This document shows, piece after piece, positions 40,398 to 49,901 of a DNA stretch of 64,000 nucleotides; the stretch's first letter is position 1, and each line of letters begins with the position of its first letter. Position numbers and translations under genes: made by a program. Below the pieces are notes generated by a model. That model did not search any database. It had not been told where the DNA came from and was given only the letters and a program-made list of their open reading frames with translations. Source of the DNA: Rhodothermales bacterium (GTDB lineage: Bacteria; Bacteroidota; Rhodothermia; Rhodothermales; BA12); assembly GCA_963793245.1 (NCBI GenBank), contig CAWBZG010000005.1:843993-907992 (forward strand), written 5' to 3'.

Positions 40398-42152
40398 ATG
40401 GCTCCCGACCTCACGCCCCGCGCTCAGCGCACCGAACGCTTTGACCTGGGCGCGCTGCGCGAAACGAGCCTCTTGCTCTCGTCGTCGCTCGACCCCGCGT
40501 TCATCTTCGGCAACTTGCTGCTGACGGTGATGAGCAAGCTGCTCGTCACACGCGGAGTCGTCTTGATTCCCGACGATGACGGCTGGCACGTGGCGGCACA
40601 CCGGGGACTGCGCGGTATCGAGATCGGGGCGCTGCTCGCTCCGCATCCCGAAATCGGCCCCGGCGCGTGGGACGATGCCGACACGACAGCGGCCCTCGCC
40701 GATCATCGGCTGACGCACGTGATGCCTATCGCGTTCGATGGCGATACGCTGGCGATCCTCGCGCTGGGCAAACCGCTCCGGGGCGAGATTCCAGACGAGG
40801 CGAGACGCTTCACCGATTTGCTGCTGAGCATGGCCGCGCCCGCCGTCCAGAACGCTCAGACCGTCGAGGCGCTGCGCACGAGCAACCGGACGCTCGACGG
40901 CAACGTCCACCGGCTGAGCACGCTGTTCGCCCTGGCGCAGCAATTCGCCGCAACGCCCGACCGCAAGCAGCACGCGCGCACGCTCGGCCTGACGCTGATG
41001 GGCCAGATGACGGTGAGCCGCTACTTGTTCGTCGCCGAACGGACGGCAGGAGGGGCGGGCTACGAGATGGTCGCCGCGCGTGGGCTGCCCAAAGACGCGA
41101 CGACCGATGGGTTCAGCCCCGACTGGGTGTGCGAACTCGACCGGACGCTGACGCCCGATGACGAGTGGCCCGAAGCCTACGCCGGACTGCGCGACTGGGG
41201 CATCGACCTGCTCATTCCGCTTCAACAGCAAGGACGCACGTGCGGGCTGATGGGACTCGGCGCGCGCATGAACAAGCAGCCGTTCGTGGGCGGCGACATC
41301 GAACTGCTCGAAGCCATCGGCCAACTCGCCTTGACCGCCGTCCGCAACTCGTTTCTGCTCGACGAGCAACTGCAGAAGCAGCGGATGGAGGAAGAGATGC
41401 AGATCGCCCGGTCGATTCAGGAGCGGCTGCTGCCCCAGTCGCTGCCCAACGTACCCGGAGCCGAAATCGTCGCCGTCGCCGTGCCTGCGCGCGAAGTCGG
41501 CGGAGATTACTACGACGTGATGGAGTTGTCGGACGGTCGCATCCTACTCGCCATCGCCGACGTGACCGGCAAAGGCATGGCTGCCGCGCTGCTGATGGCG
41601 AACATCCAGGCGTGCCTACATACGCTCCGCCCGATGGAGATGGAGCTATCTGAAGCCGTCAGCCACATCAACCGCGTCATCTGCGCCAACACGACGTACG
41701 ACCGCTTCATTACGTTTTTCGGCGCGATCTATCATCCCGACACGCGCAGGCTCGACTACGTCAACGGCGGCCACAACCTGCCCTACATCCTGCGCGTCGA
41801 CGGCTCGCTCGAAACGCTCGAAGAGGGCGGCCTGCTGCTCGGCGTGATGGACGGCATGCCGTACGAAACCGGCCACGCCACACTCCAGCCCGGCGACACG
41901 CTCGTCACGTTCACCGATGGCGTGACCGAAGTCCACAGTCCCCAGGGTGAAGAGTGGGGCGAGGAACGTCTCGAACCGCTCCTCTCCGCTCACGCCAACT
42001 CCCCCGTCGCCGACCTGCGCGATCTGATCCTGAAGGCCGTCGATGATTTCCAAGGTCCCAACGTCGAACCTTTCGATGACCTGACGATGGTCCTCCTGCG
42101 CGCCCTCCCCGAAACACTACCGCCCGCAACACCGAGCAAGGGCGATTCATGA
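40398..42152 (+). CDS. GAF-domain PP2C (SpoIIE/RsbU-type) serine phosphatase
   Basis: Two GAF-like N-terminal blocks, then ..EMQIARSIQERLLP..VGGDYYDV..LAIADVTGKGMAAALLMA..FTDGVTE..DDLTMVLL. Confidence 0.85.
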   Translation: MAPDLTPRAQRTERFDLGALRETSLLLSSSLDPAFIFGNLLLTVMSKLLVTRGVVLIPDDDGWHVAAHRGLRGIEIGALLAPHPEIGPGAWDDADTTAALADHRLTHVMPIAFDGDTLAILALGKPLRGEIPDEARRFTDLLLSMAAPAVQNAQTVEALRTSNRTLDGNVHRLSTLFALAQQFAATPDRKQHARTLGLTLMGQMTVSRYLFVAERTAGGAGYEMVAARGLPKDATTDGFSPDWVCELDRTLTPDDEWPEAYAGLRDWGIDLLIPLQQQGRTCGLMGLGARMNKQPFVGGDIELLEAIGQLALTAVRNSFLLDEQLQKQRMEEEMQIARSIQERLLPQSLPNVPGAEIVAVAVPAREVGGDYYDVMELSDGRILLAIADVTGKGMAAALLMANIQACLHTLRPMEMELSEAVSHINRVICANTTYDRFITFFGAIYHPDTRRLDYVNGGHNLPYILRVDGSLETLEEGGLLLGVMDGMPYETGHATLQPGDTLVTFTDGVTEVHSPQGEEWGEERLEPLLSAHANSPVADLRDLILKAVDDFQGPNVEPFDDLTMVLLRALPETLPPATPSKGDS

Positions 42153-42159
42153 ATCGCCC
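42140..42159. repeat. Palindromic REP-like motif GGGCGATTCATGAATCGCCC (copy 1, overlaps the phosphatase stop)
   Basis: Perfect 20-nt palindrome. An extended copy lies at 44707-44734. Confidence 0.75.
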
Positions 42160-42392
42160 CAACGCCAACCATGAGCACAGCAAGAGAAAGGTCCTAATCA
42201 CTCAAATGCAACGCGAAAGTAACGAAGCTCAATAAATCTCTCAACAGGTCTTTCGCCGAGGGGGGCTAACTCCGTATCGTTTGGACATCAGCGCGGATCA
42301 CGTGAGAAATCACTTGAAGTCCGACATTCCTCCTTTTGCGCGGACCCATGACGCCTCCTGCCCACTTTCGCACTCCCCGCCGCTCGCGTGGC

Positions 42393-44573
42393 ATGCGTCG
42401 CCTGCTTGCTGTGTCGGCCCTTGCCGCAGCTCCGTTCTTTGTCGGCTGCGCGTCGATGCAGAGCGACTACGCCGCCCCGGAGCGCTCGCAAAGCGCGACG
42501 ACGTTTGCCGCGACGCCCGCTCAGCGATACCTCGCACTCGAAGACGAGATGGTGTCGGATTCGCTGAGTGAGGAGCAGGCCGTGCTCGTGATGAGCCGCG
42601 TCTACCGCTACCAGTCCGACATCCTGCTCGCGCTCTCCGCCGACGACACGGACGAAGCAGAAGGCCTTTTCGACCTGGCGATGGCGGATCTCGCCCGCCT
42701 GCGTGACCACGAAGACATCCTGGGCGAAGTCGACCGCCCGCGCTACCGCGAACTCTACCGCTCGGTCATCACCGAGTATGAGCACTACTACGGCGTCGCG
42801 CCGGACGATTTGCAGACGCAGCGTGGCGGCGTGTTCGCCCTGCGCGCCGAGATGTTCGCCGCCCTCAACGACGACCTGGCGTCGCTCGACGGTGTGAGCC
42901 TGCCCGACCTGCGGCCTGCCGAGACTGAGTTTCCGATGACGCGCCACCGCCTCGTCGATCAGAGCATCGCCTACCTGCTCAAAAGCCCCGACAAGCACCT
43001 CTATCGCTGGATCGAGCGCTCGCACACGTATTTCCCGATGATCGAGCAGATCCTCGAAGAGGAGGGCGTGCCGGACGAGTTGAAGTACCTCGCCATGATC
43101 GAGAGCGGTCTGCGTCCGAACGTCAACAGCTGGGCGCAAGCCGGTGGTCTGTGGCAGTTCATCCGCCCGACCGGACGCGCCTACGGACTCGAAGTCAACG
43201 AGTGGGTCGATGAGCGCATGGACCCCGAAAAGGCCACGCGCGCTGCGGCTCGCCACCTGCGCGACTTGCACACGATGTTCGGCGGCGACTGGCAACTGGC
43301 GCTGGCGGGCTACAACTGCTCGCCTGCCCGCATCAAACGCGCCCTTCGCCGCGCCGAAAGCCGTCTGGGACGCACGCCGACGTTCTGGGACATCTACGAC
43401 GACATCCCGCGCGAGACCCGCAACTACGTGCCGCAGTTCATCGCCACGGCGCTGCTGGTCTCCAACCCGTCGGCCCTCGACCTGACGAGCCTGACGCCGG
43501 GACCGCGCTACACCTATGAGCGCGTCGCCGTCAAGGGACCGCTTCCGCTCGACCGCGCCGCCGAACTCGCGGGCGTCGACGAGCAGGTGCTGCGTGCGCT
43601 CAACCCCGAACTGCGCCGGGCCATCGTGCCGCGCACCAACGGGCACTACGCATTGCGCCTCCCCGCTGGCACTGCCTCAACGCTCGTTACGGCGCTGGGT
43701 GGATCGGAGCAGAGCGGTCCCGAAACCGAGCATACTGTCGAAACGGGCGACTCGCTGAGCAAGCTGGCTCGTCGCTACGGAACGACTGTCGAAGCGATCC
43801 AGGGCCGCAACAACCTGGCTTCCAAAGAGATCATCCTGGGCGAAGCGCTCATCATCCCGGCACCTTACTCGGAAGCTACCGGCGGCGTCGCCCTAGCTAG
43901 CGGGCAGATCGAGTACGTTCAGTACGCCGCACGCCAGTCGCGTCCGATCCAAATGGGCGATGGCTCGCAGATCACCCCGACCTTCACGGCAAACCGCTCG
44001 ACCTCGTCCAGCAACGCGCGTTCGTCTTCGTCCGCTTCTTCTGCGAGCCGCAGCACGCCGACGCGGACCGCATCCGCCGAAACCCGCTCGCGGACGGTCT
44101 ACCGCGTCAAGCGCGGCGACAACCTGTCGAAGATTGCACAGCGCTACAGCGTCACGGTCGGGCAGATCCGCAACTGGAACGACCTGTCGGGCAGCACCAT
44201 CCGATCCGGTCAACGCCTGACGCTCTACACCAACGGCTCGGCTCCGGCTGCTGCGTCGGCATCGTCAACGCCTGTACGCTCGGCCAGCTACCGCGTCCAG
44301 CGCGGCGACAACCTGTCAGAAATTGCCCAACGGCACGGTACGACGGTCGCCAACCTACGCGCGTGGAACAACCTGTCGGGCAGCACCATCCGCTCGGGAC
44401 AAAATCTCAAAGTCCAGGCGCCCACTTCAGCATCTACGCACCAAGTCAAACGAGGCGACAACCTGACCGCGATTGCGCAGCGCTACGGCGTCACCGTCCA
44501 GCAACTGCGCTCGTGGAATGATCTGTCCGGTTCTACCATCCGCCCAGGCCAGCGCCTGCGCGTGAGCGGCTGA
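42393..44573 (+). CDS. MltD-like lytic transglycosylase lipoprotein with about five C-terminal LysM domains
   Basis: Lipobox FFVGC. SLT core ..YLAMIESGLRPNVNSWAQAGGLWQFI..AGYNCSP. Repeated YRV(K/Q)RGDNLS(K/E)IAQRYG.TV..(I/L)R.WN LysM units. Confidence 0.85.
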   Translation: MRRLLAVSALAAAPFFVGCASMQSDYAAPERSQSATTFAATPAQRYLALEDEMVSDSLSEEQAVLVMSRVYRYQSDILLALSADDTDEAEGLFDLAMADLARLRDHEDILGEVDRPRYRELYRSVITEYEHYYGVAPDDLQTQRGGVFALRAEMFAALNDDLASLDGVSLPDLRPAETEFPMTRHRLVDQSIAYLLKSPDKHLYRWIERSHTYFPMIEQILEEEGVPDELKYLAMIESGLRPNVNSWAQAGGLWQFIRPTGRAYGLEVNEWVDERMDPEKATRAAARHLRDLHTMFGGDWQLALAGYNCSPARIKRALRRAESRLGRTPTFWDIYDDIPRETRNYVPQFIATALLVSNPSALDLTSLTPGPRYTYERVAVKGPLPLDRAAELAGVDEQVLRALNPELRRAIVPRTNGHYALRLPAGTASTLVTALGGSEQSGPETEHTVETGDSLSKLARRYGTTVEAIQGRNNLASKEIILGEALIIPAPYSEATGGVALASGQIEYVQYAARQSRPIQMGDGSQITPTFTANRSTSSSNARSSSSASSASRSTPTRTASAETRSRTVYRVKRGDNLSKIAQRYSVTVGQIRNWNDLSGSTIRSGQRLTLYTNGSAPAAASASSTPVRSASYRVQRGDNLSEIAQRHGTTVANLRAWNNLSGSTIRSGQNLKVQAPTSASTHQVKRGDNLTAIAQRYGVTVQQLRSWNDLSGSTIRPGQRLRVSG

Positions 44574-44628
44574 ACCGGACGCAGTGGGGTGGAGGAGAAG
44601 AGGCTGTGGCTGCCTCACCATTCCCCAA

Positions 44629-44672
44629 CGAGGGCGCGTGCATTCCCCCGCACGCGCCCTCGGCTGCGTTTT
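44629..44672 (+). terminator. Rho-independent terminator after the mltD-like gene
   Basis: 13-bp stem CGAGGGCGCGTGC / GCACGCGCCCTCG, loop ATTCCCC, then GCTGCGTTTT. Confidence 0.6.
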
Positions 44673-44706
44673 AGGCAAAGCCATCCTTCGGTCGTAGCGG
44701 TCAGTC

Positions 44707-44734
44707 GTAAGGGCGATTCATGAATCGCCCTTAC
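44707..44734. repeat. Palindromic REP-like motif GTAAGGGCGATTCATGAATCGCCCTTAC (copy 2)
   Basis: Perfect 28-nt palindrome between convergent genes. It shares its 20-nt core with 42140-42159. Confidence 0.75.
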
Positions 44735-44738
44735 GGGG

Positions 44739-45833
44739 TCACTTGCTCAGGTAGCGATCCAGGATCGCGCGCCAGCTGGGGCTTTCGGTGCGTTCGAGCA
44801 GGGCGCGTGTCAGCGGCTCACGCAGCGCGCTGCCCGGGGCGACAGCCAGTGCCCACTGTTCAGACACCGATGCGATCGACGACACATCGACATCGCCTTC
44901 GATGTTTAACGCAGCCAATTGCGCGTTGATAACCGGAACGGCGTCGATGAAGGCATCAAGGCTGTCGGCTTGGACGGCGATCAGGCCCGATCCGAGATCG
45001 CGGAAGGTGCGAAAGTCGAGTCCCTCGGCACGTAACACATCGGCGGCGTACGACCCGGCGACGGCGCCGACGGTTTTGTCTTTCAGGTCGCCGGGGAGTT
45101 GGACGCCGCCGCTGCTTCCGCTGCCGCCTCCACCAACGCCCAGCGCGGCGACGAGGGCCGTCGTCAGCGCGGCAGTCACGGCCATCGAGACGAGCATCCA
45201 CATCAGCGCCGAAATGCGTCCCCCGACGGACTGAGGTGCTTTGTCGCCGTAGCCAATCGTCGTCATCGTGACGCCTGCCCACCAGAACCCGTCCCAGATG
45301 CCGACCTTTCCCGTCCGAAACTCCTCGTCGTTTTCGGAGCGCTCGAACGCCCACACGATCACGCCGACGACGAGCAGCATGACTGACAGGCCGAGCACGA
45401 TGCGCAGAAACGTCGGGTTGAAAAAGTTGACGAGCACTTTGGCCAGCGCGCCCTGCTGTTTCTCGGCGATGCCCAATCGGGGTGCGTAGTACGCAGGAAG
45501 GAAGTCGGCGCGGTCGAGATCTTGGAGCGTGACGGTCGACGTGAGGGCTACGTCGGCGCCTCGGCTCAGCGCGCGCGTGAGCAAGCTATCGGCGTCGACC
45601 TCCATCAACTGCGCATCGAATCCGGCCTCACGCCCCATCGAGCGCCACAACTCGACGGCGGCTCCGTCCCACGTGCCATCGGCCAGCTTGATCGCGAACG
45701 GCGGCGCGTGGTGGACGGCGGCGGTCAGCGTTCCGCTCAGCGTGGAAGAGCGGAGGCTGTCGGCGGGTTGCGCGGACAGCGGCGCGACGGTCAGAAAGGC
45801 GAGGAGTAAGACGAGGCGCACGGAGTCAGACAA
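44739..45833 (-). CDS. GluR0-type ligand-gated K+ channel (split periplasmic binding domain flanking an M1-P-M2 pore)
   Basis: Signal peptide. SBP lobe (..PPFAIKLADGTWDGAAVELWR..ADFLPAYYAPRLGI). TM. Pore WWAGVTMTTIGYGDKAP (TxGYGD filter). TM and a Gly/Ser linker. Second SBP lobe (..KTVGAVAGSYAADVL..AFIDAVPV..). Confidence 0.75.
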   Translation of the reverse strand: MSDSVRLVLLLAFLTVAPLSAQPADSLRSSTLSGTLTAAVHHAPPFAIKLADGTWDGAAVELWRSMGREAGFDAQLMEVDADSLLTRALSRGADVALTSTVTLQDLDRADFLPAYYAPRLGIAEKQQGALAKVLVNFFNPTFLRIVLGLSVMLLVVGVIVWAFERSENDEEFRTGKVGIWDGFWWAGVTMTTIGYGDKAPQSVGGRISALMWMLVSMAVTAALTTALVAALGVGGGGSGSSGGVQLPGDLKDKTVGAVAGSYAADVLRAEGLDFRTFRDLGSGLIAVQADSLDAFIDAVPVINAQLAALNIEGDVDVSSIASVSEQWALAVAPGSALREPLTRALLERTESPSWRAILDRYLSK

Positions 45834-45900
45834 TCAGGTGAAGCCCTGACACCGATTGAGCATAGCTTCCGTTCGTCCGTCACGATACCGTCGCCGACGG

Positions 45901-47127
45901 CTACTCGCGCCGAAGTGCTTCGATGGGATCCAGTTTGGACGCACGCCACGCCGGGTAGACGCCGAACGAGAGCGCGAAGCCGGTCACCCCGACGACGGCG
46001 ACGATCACCCAGACCCACGGCACGACAAACGGCGCCTCGAAGAAGACCGCCACGATGTTGCCGACTCCGACGCCCAGGATGGTGCCGATCACGCCGCCGA
46101 TCTGACACAGGATGACGGCTTCGATCAAAAACTGACGCAGGATGTCGCGCCGCTTGGCACCCAGCGATTTGCGCAGCCCGATCTCGCGCGTCCGCTCGGC
46201 GACCGTCACGAGCATGATGTTCATGATGCCGATGCCCGCCGCCAGCAGCGTCAGCAGGCCGATGGCGACGCCGCCGATCGTCACGCCACGCGTCAGTCCT
46301 CGAAACTGCGACAGGTTTTCCTCAGCCGTGCTGACGGCAAACGTGTTCTCCTCTCCCGGTCCGACGGCTCGAATCACGCGCAGCGCGCCGATGACTTCGT
46401 CCTGCGTCTGATCCATTGTTTGCATCGACGGCGCGCGCACGTCGATCGACAGGTTGCGGTTGGGCCGTCCGTACATCGAAAACAGCGTCGTGATCGGCGT
46501 CAGCGCCATCTGATCCTGATCCTGACCGAACGCGCTGCCTTGCTCCTCAAATACGCCGACGACGTTTAATCGACCTCGGTCCGTCGACACGGTCTCTCCC
46601 AGCGGATCGCGTCGTGGAAAGAGTTCTTTGGCGAGCGACGAACCCAAGATCACGACGGGTCGATCGTAGCGCACGTCGTCCAGTGACAGGCCGCGTCCGC
46701 TGGCGACTGTGCGGTTGTTGTTGTCGATCCAGTCCTCGGTCGAGCCGATCAGTTGCATCGACGGTTCGGTCGCGATGCCGCCGTAGCGAAAGCGGACGCC
46801 GCCCTCTCCGGTCGACGGGCTGATGCCTGCGGGAAGACTGGTGCGCTCGGCGAGTAGGGCGGCCTGCTCGTACGTCAGGTCCGGCACGCGCCGCTTGCGC
46901 TCTCCGGCGCCCTCGACCTGCAAGCCGCTCGACTTGAAGACCTGAAACGTCGTCGCTCCGAACGACTCGACCGTCGACACGACCGAGTTCGAGATGACCT
47001 CGACGGCTGTGACCGATACGATGATCGCGAACACGCCGATCACCATGCCGAGCAGCGTCAAGGCGGAGCGCAGCTTGTTGGAGCCGAGCGCCGATGCGGA
47101 CATGGAGAGGAGTTCGCCGGAGTTCAT
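45901..47127 (-). CDS. ABC transporter permease, MacB/FtsX family
   Basis: 408 aa. N-terminal TM, large periplasmic domain, C-terminal FtsX module ..ERTREIGLRKSLGAKRRDILRQFLIEA.. Confidence 0.85.
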   Translation of the reverse strand: MNSGELLSMSASALGSNKLRSALTLLGMVIGVFAIIVSVTAVEVISNSVVSTVESFGATTFQVFKSSGLQVEGAGERKRRVPDLTYEQAALLAERTSLPAGISPSTGEGGVRFRYGGIATEPSMQLIGSTEDWIDNNNRTVASGRGLSLDDVRYDRPVVILGSSLAKELFPRRDPLGETVSTDRGRLNVVGVFEEQGSAFGQDQDQMALTPITTLFSMYGRPNRNLSIDVRAPSMQTMDQTQDEVIGALRVIRAVGPGEENTFAVSTAEENLSQFRGLTRGVTIGGVAIGLLTLLAAGIGIMNIMLVTVAERTREIGLRKSLGAKRRDILRQFLIEAVILCQIGGVIGTILGVGVGNIVAVFFEAPFVVPWVWVIVAVVGVTGFALSFGVYPAWRASKLDPIEALRRE

Positions 47128-47220
47128 GGGCGGTCTTGGCTTGTGCGTCCGATAAGTTCTGCGCCTCTAACAGATGAGGCTTCAGAGATCGGCTCGTTCT
47201 TCGTCTTGCTGACGTGTGTC

Positions 47221-47488
47221 GTTCTTTTCGCTTGATCGAAAAGAACCAAAAGATCAAGGCTTACGTCGCACCGGCGGACGCTATGCTTCGGGCGCTGAAA
47301 TCGTCCAAACTCGCTCGCAGGCTCGCTCAAACAGGACGATTTCGGACGCTCCCTGCGCTCCGCGTCTTTTTCGCCGGTCCGCCTCAGGCCGATTCCTTCT
47401 CTTCCGGAATGACTTTGAAGCCGCTGAAAATTTGGCACTGCATTCTCCTCATTTCTCCAAACCGTCGTCCCGGACGTGATCCGGGACC
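47221..47488 (-). repeat. Modular intergenic repeat, locus C (M2 47221-47394, M3 47444-47488, reverse orientation) within the 481-bp spacer between two FtsX permease genes
   Basis: The reverse complement reads ..GGATCACGTCCGGGACGACGGTTTGGAGAAA..GAATCGGCCTGAGGCGGACCGGCGAAAAAGACGCGGAGCGCAGGGAGCGTCCGAAATCGTCCTGTTTGAGCG..AGCGAGTTTGGACGATTTCAGCG..GTGCGACGTAAGCCTTGATCTTTTGGTTCTTTTCGATCAAGCGAAAAG. It is near-identical in stretches to locus E. Confidence 0.8.
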
Positions 47489-47608
47489 CAGGACGCAGAA
47501 CGAGTTTCCCCACCTGACGCAAGTCGGTCCTAGGACAAGGCTTCGCCGCTATAATTCGGAAGTCGAAATAGCTTCTTACCGCTGTAGCAGAAGTGATCTC
47601 CGTCCGCA

Positions 47609-48850
47609 TCATTCGTAGCGGAGCGCGTCGATGGGCTTTTGCTTGGCGGCCTGCCACGCGGGGAGGAAGCCGAACAGGACACCGACGCCGACGCAGATGC
47701 TGAGCGCCAACACGACGATGCCGGGCGAGAGCGAAGCCGTAAACACCATGTTGATCGCGAGCGTCGTCAGCACCGAAATGCCCAAGCCGATCACGCCGCC
47801 GAGCAGCGAAACGCCGATGGCTTCGAGCAGAAATTGCAGCAGGATCGTCCGGCGTTTGGCGCCGATGGCTTTGCGCAGGCCGATCTCGCGCGTCCGCTCC
47901 TTGACGGACACGAACATGATGTTCATCACGCCGATGCCGCCGACGAGCAGCGACAGCGCCGTCAAGAACAGGCCGATGCCGTAGATCGTCGCCTTGACGC
48001 CAGCGACCTGCTCGCGGAAGCTATCGGTCTTGTTGATGGCGAAATCGTCTTTGTCGAATGCGTCCAGACCGCGCGCAGATCGGGCCATACCGCGCAGTTC
48101 GTCCTCGACATCGGCGGGGGAAGCCCCATCGCGCGCTTTGAGGTGGATCGTGTAGTTCCAGCGCTGCGTGTTGTAGAGCTTGCGCGCCGTGCGGAGCGGA
48201 ATCTGAAACTGTTCGTCGAACGAGAACAACCCCAGAAACTTACCCTGAGGAGCCAGCACGCCGATCACTTCGAAGCGGGCACCTTCGATGCGGACGCGCT
48301 TGCCGATGGCCTCTTCGTTGGGAAACAGCGTCTCGGCGACATCCGAGCCGAGCACGACGACGTTGCGCGCCGTCTGCTCCTCGAAGTCCGAGAAGTACCG
48401 CCCCTCCTCCACCGACATGTTGGCGACGTTGGTGTACGACGGCTTGGTCGCGGTCGCCCGGACACCGCGTGCAGCCCTATCGCGGTATTGAATCGAGCCG
48501 CCGAAGTCGAGCGTCGGCGCGGCGGCGAGAATCGTATTTGCGGTCGTGGAGCGTTCGAGGATGCGTTCGGCAACGGCCAGCGTGAACTGCGGACGTCGGC
48601 GCATCTCCTCGCGCGCACTCGGCGGCGTGAACCACGGACGCTGCTGGACGAAGTACGTGTTGATGCCGAACAGCTCCATCGACTTGTCGAAGGCGCGCTC
48701 CATGCCGTTGATCGTCGTCATCGTGGTCGTGACCATGACGATGCCGATCACGATACCCAACGTCGTCAGCAGCGCGCGGAGCTTGTTCTGGCGGAGCGCA
48801 TCGGCGCTGTTGCGGACGCCTTCGCGCAGTTCGTAGAGGATCGCGTTCAC
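47609..48850 (-). CDS. ABC transporter permease, MacB/FtsX family
   Basis: 413 aa with the same architecture as 45901-47127. ..ERTREIGLRKAIGAKRRTILLQFLLEA.. Confidence 0.85.
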   Translation of the reverse strand: MNAILYELREGVRNSADALRQNKLRALLTTLGIVIGIVMVTTTMTTINGMERAFDKSMELFGINTYFVQQRPWFTPPSAREEMRRRPQFTLAVAERILERSTTANTILAAAPTLDFGGSIQYRDRAARGVRATATKPSYTNVANMSVEEGRYFSDFEEQTARNVVVLGSDVAETLFPNEEAIGKRVRIEGARFEVIGVLAPQGKFLGLFSFDEQFQIPLRTARKLYNTQRWNYTIHLKARDGASPADVEDELRGMARSARGLDAFDKDDFAINKTDSFREQVAGVKATIYGIGLFLTALSLLVGGIGVMNIMFVSVKERTREIGLRKAIGAKRRTILLQFLLEAIGVSLLGGVIGLGISVLTTLAINMVFTASLSPGIVVLALSICVGVGVLFGFLPAWQAAKQKPIDALRYE

Positions 48851-48913
48851 GTGGCGGACCGGGTGGGGAGTCCGCAGAATACGACGATGCGCGCCGTCCG
48901 CTCCCTACCCGGC

Positions 48914-49781
48914 TCAGAACGTCGTTGAAAGCCGAGATAAGGACAAACGGAAACCCGCCCACGTCGCCCGTGATGATCTCCGACGTGGTGAACAGAGCAA
49001 AGTCGGTAGACAGGCGATCACCAAAGAAGCGGACTCCACCCGACAGCACGGCCTGTACGCCTCCGCCTACAGAAAACACGTAGTTCTCAGAAATCAACTT
49101 CGTTCGGTTGCCGATCTGGTGCTCTCCGCCCAAAAGCCCGAATACGTTGCTTGCATTCCCGTCGGCATAGCCCTGAGCTACCCCAACGGTCACGGCACTC
49201 TCCCGACTTCCGAACGTGCCGACGGCGTATCCAATGCCGAAGATCGGAGACTCATCTCCGTCGAGTCCAAAGAAGGCACCAGCGAAGCCACCCACGGCCA
49301 GATCGACGCCGTCCGACGTCCACACCGTCGCTTTCGGCGCTGCGTAGATCAACTGCCCCGGCGCGCCGGGAATCAGCGAGATGCCTCCTGCGAGCGTCAG
49401 GACGTCTCCCGCGCCCACGGCGACGAATGGAAAGAAGAGTTCGTACAGTGCGGCATAGCCGTTTCCGTTTCCGATGGATCGTGCCGTCGGACCGATAAGC
49501 AGCCGCGTCGGATTGGGGTCGACGCCCGCAAACTTCCGCCCGCTCATCGACTCGATCACCCGCACTTGGTCGCGCGGAATCGTCATCGTGATACCGCCGT
49601 CGGTCGTCAGGCGTAACTCGGCAGCCGTCATCGACTCGACGACGCCCATAACGCGCGTTCCATCTACAAGCAGAACCGTGACACGAGCGCCGACGGTGTC
49701 AGCGGACGCGGTGGGCATTTCCTGAGCACGCGCTGGAGCAGCGAACGCAAGCAAGGCTGCCAGTAGGACAATGCGAAGCAT
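48914..49781 (-). pseudogene. Hypothetical outer-membrane-type protein, frame break near 48940
   Basis: Signal peptide MLRIVLLAALLAFAAPARAQ. Gly-rich beta-strand-like repeats. The ORF reads through into the next gene, but a 1-nt shift near 48940 gives a C-terminus ..LSTTF* with terminal Phe and stop at 48914-48916. Confidence 0.45.
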
Positions 49782-49901
49782 GAGGGCGTGGCGTGATGTG
49801 TCGAAACAAACGCCCGATGATACGCCGCTGGCAGTGACGGCGAAAGATAATCTCGTCGACCGTCAGGAGGCTGGAGATCACGAGGCGCGCCGACAGCGGT
49901 T

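Noticed and set aside
39714-41369. 551-aa ORF on the minus strand
   Set aside because: It is antisense to the well-supported metallophosphoesterase and SpoIIE phosphatase genes. Its composition is Arg/Ala/Gly/Pro-rich, typical of shadow ORFs in 65% GC DNA, and no motif is recognisable.
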